Shown: positions 48,211 to 56,088 of the stretch, in pieces | Position numbering within the stretch: position 1 is the first letter of the stretch | How the letters are laid out: each line of letters starts with the position of its first letter | Assembly: GCA_964434285.1 (NCBI GenBank) | Contig: CAYSUJ010000001.1 | Span: forward strand, 240,564 to 304,563 | DNA length: 64,000 nucleotides | Source of the DNA: an uncultured Candidatus Saccharibacteria bacterium | GTDB lineage: Bacteria; Patescibacteriota; Minisyncoccia; Phycocordibacterales; UBA2100 | Reading direction: 5' to 3' | Made by a program: the position numbers and the translations under genes | The notes under the pieces: generated by a model | Told to the model about the DNA's origin: nothing | Database searches by the model: none | Seen by the model: the letters and a program-made list of their open reading frames with translations, nothing else

Positions 48211-48642
48211 TTACGCATCCCAGAAGTTTCTTCCTGTTTTGTATGCCTCAAAATAGCTCGGCAAGGTGGCGAAAAGAGGACTTGGAGGGTCGTCTATACT
48301 TCGCCACTCCCACGCCTCCATCTTTTCAGGCTCCATCACCCTGGGCTCACCACTCTTCCAATCAGCGACGAGAGCAATATCAACGTAGTGCTTCGGCGCG
48401 TAGGCCTTGAGGTTCATGAGCCGTAAGAAGCGAACGTTCTCGATCTCTATCCCGGCTTCTTCCATCGTTTCTCGCTTGGCACACTCTTCGAAGGACTCCA
48501 TGTATTCCATATGCCCTCCCGGCCACGCCCACTCACCATCTCCGTGCGAATTTTTACGCTTACCGAATAGTGCTTTCCCGTCTTTGAGAATCATTACGCC
48601 GATACCCACTTTGGGACGTTCGTTTGCCGGTTGTTCGGTCAT
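48211..48642 (-). CDS. NUDIX hydrolase (NUDT15/MutT-like)
   Basis: PGGHMEYMESFEECAKRETMEEAG Nudix box; EPEK. Confidence 0.93.
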   Translation of the reverse strand: MTEQPANERPKVGIGVMILKDGKALFGKRKNSHGDGEWAWPGGHMEYMESFEECAKRETMEEAGIEIENVRFLRLMNLKAYAPKHYVDIALVADWKSGEPRVMEPEKMEAWEWRSIDDPPSPLFATLPSYFEAYKTGRNFWDA

Positions 48643-48705
48643 GGTTAGTTACCTCCTCTTCAACCGGTGCAATAGTACTTAATCCAATCAAGTACAACAA
48701 GCGGC

Positions 48706-49242
48706 TTAGCGTCTCGCACGCACGAGGAGCATCAGGACAATGAGAAAAGAAAACAGGGTAAACGCAAGGAGTGGAAACGTCACGTACCCAAACTCAAAGA
48801 GGAGACGTTGAGCACAGGAAGATCCGACGGCTGGGCACGGGAGACCAGAATTTGGGATCATTTGCAGTGCGTGTTGGTAGAGCGCAACGCCTGCACCGAA
48901 GAAAGACAATGCAATAGAATATTCAGCGATGTACAGGTCGCGCTTCCAAAGCGCCATACTAAATAGAATGATTTGCGGGAACATGAAAATTCGCTGCCAC
49001 CAACACAGAGGGCACGGCTCAAAACCAAGCACGTCAGAATAGAAAAGCGTGAGGCACGCAGCACAAAACGATATGACAAGCCCTATAAGGAGCCCTCTCT
49101 CTCCGACTACCCTTGTCACATCTGCACAGCCTGGAAACCGATTCCGAAGTACATATGCGGCAAGGAGTGTAACCGTTACGATCTGCAGAACCACGGCACC
49201 AAGCGCAATGATGTAATTTAATTCACTCACCTCCATACTCAT
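48706..49242 (-). CDS. DsbB/BdbC-family disulfide bond formation protein
   Basis: PCPLCWWQRIFMFP and second Cys pair PC...SC; multiple TMs. Confidence 0.9.
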   Translation of the reverse strand: MSMEVSELNYIIALGAVVLQIVTVTLLAAYVLRNRFPGCADVTRVVGERGLLIGLVISFCAACLTLFYSDVLGFEPCPLCWWQRIFMFPQIILFSMALWKRDLYIAEYSIALSFFGAGVALYQHALQMIPNSGLPCPAVGSSCAQRLLFEFGYVTFPLLAFTLFSFLIVLMLLVRARR

Positions 49243-49619
49243 TCAGGCAATGTACAACCAGTCTTTTCCGCCAGAAACTGTGGGGTCTTTTCTCCAACCT
49301 CACGAGAGCCATCTGCGAAAATCCATGTTGGATACGATTGAATACCGACGTCAATGCACGCTTGGAGTTGAGACTTACCATCGGGGCTTGAACATTCAAC
49401 GTACGGGAGAAGTTCTGCTGAGTTACCAAACATCTTCTTTTGCTCTTGACAATGTGAGCACCAAAACGCCCCGTAAAACGTCGCGCTTTTCTCTCCCAAG
49501 CAGCGTGCCAAATCATCATATTTGCCCGGAAGGGTTTTTGCATACATCGTCCACCCGAGACCTCCAACAATAAGAAGTACTATAACCGCCCAAAAAATGG
49601 TAATTCCTTTTCCTTTCAT
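49239..49619 (-). CDS. Membrane-anchored thioredoxin-like protein
   Basis: FYGAFWCSHCQEQK, YVECS, YPTW. Confidence 0.88.
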   Translation of the reverse strand: MKGKGITIFWAVIVLLIVGGLGWTMYAKTLPGKYDDLARCLGEKSATFYGAFWCSHCQEQKKMFGNSAELLPYVECSSPDGKSQLQACIDVGIQSYPTWIFADGSREVGEKTPQFLAEKTGCTLPE

Positions 49620-49656
49620 ACGGCTCAGAGTACCACAGACATGCTAGAATGCACGA

Positions 49657-50166
49657 GTGCGAAGTTTCAAATCTCGCCTCGCCTACTACATCGGTGACAT
49701 TGTCTACGGAGCGAACGATGGCCTTATCACCACCTTCGCAGTGATCGCCGGTGCCGCAGGCGCTGGATTCTCATCAGCAATCATTATTGTGCTCAGTATT
49801 GCAAACCTTATTGCGGATGGCTTCTCGATGGGTGCCTCGCGCTATCTTTCGCTCAAATCAGAACAAGCAGTTGCCGGCGCGGAAAAAACGCGCAACCCCT
49901 TCAACGATGGGTTCGCAACATTTATGGCATTCGTCATTGCCGGAAGCCTTCCCGTCATCCCATTTTTGATATCAGATTTTTCTCACAACGCCTTTCAGAC
50001 GGCACTCATCACAACAGGTATCGCTTTCTTTGTTGTTGGCGCCGCACGCTCACTCGTCATCCAGAGAAACCCGCTTATCGCAGGTATCGAAATGCTTATC
50101 GTCGGCGGCGTCGCCTCCGCAATAGCCTACGGCCTCGGTTCGTGGGTTGAGACGTTGATACACTAA
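49657..50166 (+). CDS. VIT1/CCC1 family transporter
   Basis: VYGANDGLITTFAVIAG, ADGFSMG. Confidence 0.92.
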   Translation: MRSFKSRLAYYIGDIVYGANDGLITTFAVIAGAAGAGFSSAIIIVLSIANLIADGFSMGASRYLSLKSEQAVAGAEKTRNPFNDGFATFMAFVIAGSLPVIPFLISDFSHNAFQTALITTGIAFFVVGAARSLVIQRNPLIAGIEMLIVGGVASAIAYGLGSWVETLIH

Positions 50167-50170
50167 ACGT

Positions 50171-50602
50171 ATGCGCCGCTATTACTACCTCCTAACTCTC
50201 ACGTTCGTTTTCTGTATACCAACCATTATTGCGGCAGTATTGTTACAAGACGTCATCGCACTTCGTGAGCTCGTGCCATTCGTCGTACTGGTAACCATCA
50301 TCGGCAGTATCTGGGATGTCTGGGCAACACGCCACGGCAAGCGAGACCGAGTCTGGCTCTGGCAATTCCACCAATCTCAAACGCTTGGACATCGTTTCCT
50401 CGGACTTCCGATTGAGGAGTATCTGTTCTACACAGCAAGTAGCATATACATAATTTATATGTGGGAAGGGCTCAAGGTTATGGCTGGGGGGGACCACACG
50501 TGTCTACATCGTAATTTTCGGGCTGGCACTGTGGACGCTTCTTGCAATCGCATTTCCGTATTTCTTCCGCAAGAAAGGCGACAAATTTATCAACTGACCT
50601 AG
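50171..50602 (+). CDS. Lycopene cyclase domain membrane protein (likely frameshifted at a G7 run near the 3' end)
   Basis: WD..A, LWQF, LGLPIEEYLF motifs; a fourth TM helix lies in the shifted frame, stop at 50597. Confidence 0.72.
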   Translation: MRRYYYLLTLTFVFCIPTIIAAVLLQDVIALRELVPFVVLVTIIGSIWDVWATRHGKRDRVWLWQFHQSQTLGHRFLGLPIEEYLFYTASSIYIIYMWEGLKVMAGGDHTCLHRNFRAGTVDASCNRISVFLPQERRQIYQLT

Positions 50603-50605
50603 CAC

Positions 50606-50717
50606 GTAGGTGGCGGCAGATACTTTGAGGGGGTCTTTCGCAGACCGACGGGGCGAGAAGGAGGGAATTTTCAGCAGAAAATTACCCGACCCCCGAGAAG
50701 TATCTGCCGCCACCTAC
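50606..50717 (+). repeat. Structured intergenic element C
   Basis: 20-bp perfect outer stem GTAGGTGGCGGCAGATACTT/AAGTATCTGCCGCCACCTAC around the conserved core. Confidence 0.88.
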
Positions 50718-51148
50718 TGCGCCACCTTCACGTGCGGCGAAGGAAGTCCCTTTTCACACGACGCACATTTACACCCAATCGGCTTAATGAATTCCTCAAA
50801 ATATTCCTCATCGTAATCAATCGTGAGCTCTTCACCCACCGCAATATCCTTCTGCGCGTAAATCATGATTTTGCCATCCTCAATCTCCGCCTCAACGTTT
50901 GGGTGGCAATCATGATTTATATAGCCCGCAGTATTTTCTGGCACGGGGCCATCTAGCGTCCACTCATCATCCACCTCGAAGAGATAACGTGAGTCGGATT
51001 CATCGGCGGTGGCGGTGGGGATCTTTACGCCCGTATACTCAATAAGAAAATCGCCGTCCTTAATCGGTACCCGCGCAAAAAGCCCCAAGCCCGTGCCCGG
51101 CCTGCCCTCCCGCACCTCAAAACGCGGATCTATGCTGATTTCCCCCAT
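50714..51148 (-). CDS. SET domain protein with post-SET cysteines
   Basis: GLGLFA, IEYTG, YINHDCHPN, GEELTIDY, CKCASC. Confidence 0.93.
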   Translation of the reverse strand: MGEISIDPRFEVREGRPGTGLGLFARVPIKDGDFLIEYTGVKIPTATADESDSRYLFEVDDEWTLDGPVPENTAGYINHDCHPNVEAEIEDGKIMIYAQKDIAVGEELTIDYDEEYFEEFIKPIGCKCASCEKGLPSPHVKVAQ

Positions 51149-51214
51149 GGCGTCGGCTATCGTAACACACAGGCGCACCTTTCAATACTCGTGCCCTTCG
51201 GTGATAATCCGAGA

Positions 51215-51427
51215 ATGAGCGGCGTCGTGTCTGGATTCTTTCCCGTTGTTGGATGGGCTATATTTCTCGGTGCTCTCGCACTCTCCATCACCCTTGGAAT
51301 AATTCTGGGCTTCCACTGGTTTAGTTATGCTCGCAATGATGGCGCAGCTCTCACGGCGAGTATTGTCTACGGGGCTGGGTGTCTCGTGATTCTCATTATG
51401 CTCCTTGGGGCTGTTGTTGCCTTATGA
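51215..51427 (+). CDS. Small two-TM membrane protein
   Basis: Two hydrophobic helices around FHWFSYA; ATGA overlap with the next gene. Confidence 0.65.
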   Translation: MSGVVSGFFPVVGWAIFLGALALSITLGIILGFHWFSYARNDGAALTASIVYGAGCLVILIMLLGAVVAL

Positions 51428-52650
51428 GCGACCCAATCTCAGGATCAGACGCCGTCCTCATGACCGTGCGCAAGCACTGGATCATCCTCGCCGAAGAGAC
51501 GACCGGCGTTGCTATCGCCGCATTTGTACCCCTCATCTTTCTTGGCGCGCTCTCCGCGGCGCCGTACGGCTTCTCAGCCGATCTCTCATTCCTGCGTGTC
51601 ATTTCCATCCTCTGGCTTCTCGTGTGCTGGATGACACTCGCACTCCTTTGGACAGCATACTATCTCGACATTTGGATAGTGACGGACAAGCACATCTATG
51701 CCGTTGATCAGATAGGACTTTTTGAACGCAACGTGCGCACGATCGCGCTTGAGCGCATTGAGGAAATTAATGTGCGAACCGAGGGAGTCCTGCAAACCTT
51801 TTTCAAATACGGCACGATTGAGGTGCATACCGCGAGCCCCAATGAAGATGATGCCGTGTTCCGCGGCATTCCGGATCCCCAAATGGTGCGCTCGCTCCTC
51901 CTCGACCAAATCGAGAGACTCCCCCAACTCGAGCGCGAAAATGCAGAACTGCACACCGCGACCGAAAATCAGGAGAAACTGATTCACATGGTTGGGCACG
52001 AGGTGAAGAGCTATCTCACCAAGAGCGCGGGAGCTCTTGCGGCAATCGCGGAGGGAGATTTAGGCACTGTTCCTGAAGGCGTCCAGAAAATGGCAGGAGC
52101 CGCGCTCCAAGAAACGCGCAAAGGCGTCGACACCGTTTCAAACATTCTGCATGGCGCGGATACATCACACGGCACGCTGGCGCTTGAAAAGAAGAAGTTC
52201 GATCTAAAGCAGACGGTGCTGCAAGCAGCACGCGCTCTTGAAGATGTCGCACTCAAGAAGGGACTCGCGTATGAACTTCTCGCGAGCGAAGGCGAACTCC
52301 CTTTCGTGGGAGACGAAGCAAAGCTTCGAGATCAAGTCTTTCGTAATCTCATCGAGAATGCGATTCGGTACACCCCCAGAGGCACAATTCGCATGGAACT
52401 CACCGCTTCCGGCAGTCAGTATCGCTTCATCATCACTGATTCCGGCGTTGGTATCTCTCCAGAAGACATGCAGAAGCTTTTTACCGAGGGTGGCCACGGC
52501 GCTCACTCGAAAGACGTGAACCCCGACTCCACCGGCTTTGGCCTCTCCATCGCAAAACAGATCACCGAAGCACACGGTGGCGCTATCCGCGCAGAATCAA
52601 AAGGTTCGGGCTCCGGCTCATCGTTCATTGTCGAATTACCCACCGCGTAA
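51424..52650 (+). CDS. Histidine kinase with N-terminal membrane-flanked bacterial PH (bPH_2) domain
   Basis: VRKHW, two TMs, WIVTDK...GLFER...YGTIEV.TAS; then GHEVKSYL, NLIENAIRYT, DSGVGI, TGFGL. Confidence 0.85.
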   Translation: MSDPISGSDAVLMTVRKHWIILAEETTGVAIAAFVPLIFLGALSAAPYGFSADLSFLRVISILWLLVCWMTLALLWTAYYLDIWIVTDKHIYAVDQIGLFERNVRTIALERIEEINVRTEGVLQTFFKYGTIEVHTASPNEDDAVFRGIPDPQMVRSLLLDQIERLPQLERENAELHTATENQEKLIHMVGHEVKSYLTKSAGALAAIAEGDLGTVPEGVQKMAGAALQETRKGVDTVSNILHGADTSHGTLALEKKKFDLKQTVLQAARALEDVALKKGLAYELLASEGELPFVGDEAKLRDQVFRNLIENAIRYTPRGTIRMELTASGSQYRFIITDSGVGISPEDMQKLFTEGGHGAHSKDVNPDSTGFGLSIAKQITEAHGGAIRAESKGSGSGSSFIVELPTA

Positions 52651-52662
52651 TACAGTGCTCCT

Positions 52663-53916
52663 ATGTCAAAAGACAAACTTTCCACCGACCCCTACAAAGG
52701 CGTGCGTGATTTCTATCCAGAAGACCAATTCGTGCAGGATTACATTTTTGAGCAGATGCGCCGCGCATGTGAGCTCTTCGGCTACGAAGAATACAGCGCC
52801 TCCATTCTTGAGCCGTCCGAACTGTATCGCTCGAAGACATCCGAAGAAATTGTGAACGAACAGACTTACACCTTCACCGACCGCGGCGACCGGGAAGTGA
52901 CGCTCCGCCCAGAGATGACACCGACCCTCGCGCGCATGGTCGCCGCCAAGAGTCGCGATATCCCCATGCCCGCGCGCTTTTTTACCATTGCGAACGTGTT
53001 CCGCTATGAACGCCCGCAAAAAGGACGCCTCCGCGAACACTGGCAATTGAACGCCGATATAGTCGGCTCCACATCGATTGAAGCGGATGCCGAAATTATC
53101 ACTCTCGCGCACACCATCCTCCGCGCATTCGGCGCCGATGAGCGCAGCTTTGAGATCCGCATCTCCGATCGTCGCCTTCTCGAGAGCATATTTGATGAGC
53201 TCTCGATTCCTGTAGAGAAACGTAGTGCAGCAACACGCATTCTTGATCGTCGCGCAAAGCTCGAGAACTTCCCTGAAAAACTCGAAGAAGTGATTGGACA
53301 AAATGCTGCAATCCTCATTGACCGTATCGACCGCACCACCTCCACCGCCTACCTTGAGGAACTGCGCGGCCTCCTCCTCGCACGCGGCGTCGGCAACATG
53401 ATTGTCGACACCAAAATAACGCGCGGCTTTGATTACTACACAGGCATGGTGTTTGAGGTCTTTGACACCTCTGGTGAAAATTCGCGCTCACTCTTCGGCG
53501 GCGGTCGCTATGACAACCTCATGACGCTCTTTGGAAACGACATGATACCAGCCGTGGGTTTCGGCATGGGCGACGTCACCACGCGTGATTTCCTCGAGAC
53601 GCATAATCTGAAGCCAAACTACACACCCTCAACCGAACTCATGATCTGCGTCATAGACGCGAGCGCGATGAGTCATGCCCAAAAAATCGCCACCGATCTG
53701 CGCCGCGAAGACGTCTCTGTCGCCGTCAATATCTCCGGCAAAAAACTTGGCGATCAGATCCGCCAGGCCGACAAACTCAAAGTGCCATTTATTCTGGCGC
53801 TCGGCGAAAAAGAACGCGAAAGCGGGCAGTACACTATCAAGAATCTCGCCACAGGGCACGAGCTCACGACGAGCGCCGACAGGATAGCAGAACACCTGTT
53901 TAGTTCGCTTGGTTAG
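52663..53916 (+). CDS. hisS: Histidine--tRNA ligase
   Basis: KGVRDF, LRPEMT, FRYERPQKGRLREH, RGFDYYTG, GGGRYD, anticodon-binding domain. Confidence 0.97.
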   Translation: MSKDKLSTDPYKGVRDFYPEDQFVQDYIFEQMRRACELFGYEEYSASILEPSELYRSKTSEEIVNEQTYTFTDRGDREVTLRPEMTPTLARMVAAKSRDIPMPARFFTIANVFRYERPQKGRLREHWQLNADIVGSTSIEADAEIITLAHTILRAFGADERSFEIRISDRRLLESIFDELSIPVEKRSAATRILDRRAKLENFPEKLEEVIGQNAAILIDRIDRTTSTAYLEELRGLLLARGVGNMIVDTKITRGFDYYTGMVFEVFDTSGENSRSLFGGGRYDNLMTLFGNDMIPAVGFGMGDVTTRDFLETHNLKPNYTPSTELMICVIDASAMSHAQKIATDLRREDVSVAVNISGKKLGDQIRQADKLKVPFILALGEKERESGQYTIKNLATGHELTTSADRIAEHLFSSLG

Positions 53917-53934
53917 TTTGATATACTTCCGCGG

Positions 53935-54507
53935 ATGCGAATTGTTACTTTTGATATTGAGACCTACGGCAACATCCGCGGGCCGTGGAAGCCGGAGGAT
54001 TTGGAGCTCACCATTTGCTGCATCCACGATTCTGAAACCGACTCCTATTCTTCCTATCTCAAAGAAGAGCTCCCGCAGCTCTGGAAAATTCTCGAATCCA
54101 CCGACATCCTTGTCGGTTTCAATTCCGACCACTTCGACATCCCTGTTCTAAATAAATACTATCCGGGCGATCTCACCAAAATTCGCTCTCTCGATCTGCT
54201 TAAGGAAATTGCAGGCTCGCTTGGACGTCGCGTGAAGCTCGATGCCATCGCTGAAGGCACGCTCGGCCTTAAGAAGAACGGCTCGGGTCTTCAAGCCATC
54301 CAATGGTGGAAAGAAGGCAATATCGATAAGCTCCGCGCTTATTGCTTGAAAGACGTAGAAATCACGAAGAAAGTGCTTGATTATGCGCTTGAAAACAACC
54401 TCCTCAAGTTCAAAGAACTCGGCATCAAGAAAGAGGTAAAGCTCGACACATCAAAATGGCTCACCGCTACGCAAACCGCTTCACTTACGAAAACTCTGGG
54501 ATTTTAA
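53935..54507 (+). CDS. RNase H-like DEDD exonuclease domain protein (YprB-like)
   Basis: FDIET, VGFNSDHFDIP, YCLKDV. Confidence 0.87.
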   Translation: MRIVTFDIETYGNIRGPWKPEDLELTICCIHDSETDSYSSYLKEELPQLWKILESTDILVGFNSDHFDIPVLNKYYPGDLTKIRSLDLLKEIAGSLGRRVKLDAIAEGTLGLKKNGSGLQAIQWWKEGNIDKLRAYCLKDVEITKKVLDYALENNLLKFKELGIKKEVKLDTSKWLTATQTASLTKTLGF

Positions 54508-54562
54508 TTGAATCTTCACGCAGTCTCACTATAATCAAGTAGTCTGTAACGAAGGAGGGAAA

Positions 54563-54787
54563 ATGCTCTTCTACGGACTCTCTAAAGACGTGGCGGCTCG
54601 CCGCTTTGTTGACGTTGTCAGACCGCTTCAAGGAATGACACATGCAGAGCAGAACGAGTTCCTTGGGGTTCTGTGGCATTCCGTAAGGACCGCCAGAGTG
54701 ACCTCTCAATATCGCCGCGATCTGAGCGAAATCACAGCGTCTGTCAAGCGTACGCAGGTAATGGCGCAGGCAAATGGTTCTGCGTGA
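54563..54787 (+). CDS. Small hypothetical protein
   Basis: AGGAGG SD; terminator hairpin at about 54796-54833. Confidence 0.55.
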   Translation: MLFYGLSKDVAARRFVDVVRPLQGMTHAEQNEFLGVLWHSVRTARVTSQYRRDLSEITASVKRTQVMAQANGSA

Positions 54788-54898
54788 GAAAATCGGGGCT
54801 CGGCAGACACTCATCTGCCGGCCCTTTTCTTTTTGCCATTTTGTCCTGTAGTTGTTCCTTCCCCTCCACACCCACTCCCGAATGCTATAATTCCCCAG

Positions 54899-54933
54899 TC
54901 TTATCTAATATCTATTATCTAATCTCTATTTTC
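54899..54933 (+). repeat. Heptamer array in the DsbA-like gene leader
   Basis: tcttatc taatatc tattatc taatctc tattttc, between TGCTATAAT and ATG. Confidence 0.72.
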
Positions 54934-54941
54934 TCGTCCTT

Positions 54942-55712
54942 ATGGAAACTGTTCAAAAACTCGCAGTCCCCATCGCTATCGTCATTGCAGGAGCGATGAT
55001 CGCAGCATCGCTGTTCTTCGTCCAATCAAAAGCACCTGCTGCAGGCGGAACACCACAGGCAGTAGTCGCAGAAGAGATTCGCGGTCCACAATCTGACGAC
55101 CACATTCGCGGCAATCCCAATGCAAAAGTGGTCATCGTGGAGTTCTCTGACACGGAGTGCCCATTCTGTAAGCAGTTCCACGAGACCATGAAGCGCGTCA
55201 TTGATGAGTACGGTGCTTCCGGCGACGTCGCATGGGTTTACCGCCACTTCCCAATCCCTTCACTCCACCCGAAAGCCCCTAAGGAAGCAGAGGCACTCGA
55301 GTGCGCAGCTGAGCAGGGTGGCAACGACATGTTCTGGAAATTTACCGACATGGTCTATGGCCGCACCGAGGCAAACAACTCGCTCGACATCGGCATCCAC
55401 AACTCACCGAAAGACGTGCCACTCGGTCCCGACGGCAAACCTTACTACGCCCAGGCAACGCCACGCTCCGCATCAGACGCAGGTCAGCTCTCTGACTTCG
55501 CCCGCGAACTCGGGCTCGACGTGGCAAAGTTTGAAGAGTGCATGACCTCGGGTCGCATGACAGACCGCGTGAACAAAGATCAAGCTGAGGTAGTTGCCGC
55601 AGGCGGCGGCGGCACTCCGCACTCCATCATTATCGTTGACGGTGAACAAATCCCTCTCGAAGGCGCACAGCCGTTCGATGTAGTGAAAGGTCTCATCGAC
55701 TCACTCCTCTAG
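54942..55712 (+). CDS. DsbA-like thioredoxin-fold oxidoreductase
   Basis: VEFSDTECPFCK, VYRHFP, GTP, GAQP; N-terminal TM. Confidence 0.92.
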   Translation: METVQKLAVPIAIVIAGAMIAASLFFVQSKAPAAGGTPQAVVAEEIRGPQSDDHIRGNPNAKVVIVEFSDTECPFCKQFHETMKRVIDEYGASGDVAWVYRHFPIPSLHPKAPKEAEALECAAEQGGNDMFWKFTDMVYGRTEANNSLDIGIHNSPKDVPLGPDGKPYYAQATPRSASDAGQLSDFARELGLDVAKFEECMTSGRMTDRVNKDQAEVVAAGGGGTPHSIIIVDGEQIPLEGAQPFDVVKGLIDSLL

Positions 55713-55869
55713 CCCCGCTCGCGAGGTTGCCAGAAACACCTCTTTCGGGTCGCTGTCTGCGCGTGCTCGCGCAGCGCTCACTCTCGGCTCGTCAGCCTGC
55801 GAGAGACCCTCATGAGGTATTTCTGTCACCCTCGTCTCGCTCAACAAATCGCACTGTTCTCAGCGAGAC

Positions 55870-56069
55870 GACGATGCGGGGCGATGCTTTGACGGGGTCT
55901 TTCGCAGTGAGGAGGGGTTGGGGCCCCGCCGCAAGGCCGAAGCAGCTTGGCTGTGAGGCGGGGTCGCGCAAAATCGCAGCAGCGATTTATGCGTGACCGT
56001 CGGCGCGAGAAGGAGCGAATTTTCAGCAGAAAATTACGCGACCCCGGAGAAGCACCGCCCCGCATCGTC
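55870..56069 (+). repeat. Structured intergenic element D (long form with internal insertion)
   Basis: 20-bp outer stem (one mismatch), conserved core, plus an inserted module with a second C(AGCA)G hairpin. Confidence 0.87.
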
Positions 56070-56088
56070 ACGAGCCAAAGTGATGGCA

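Noticed and set aside
55380-55490. Intein or intron in the DsbA-like gene (apparent extra segment of about 30 aa)
   Set aside because: In frame, too short, and without intein terminal motifs; more likely a loop insertion
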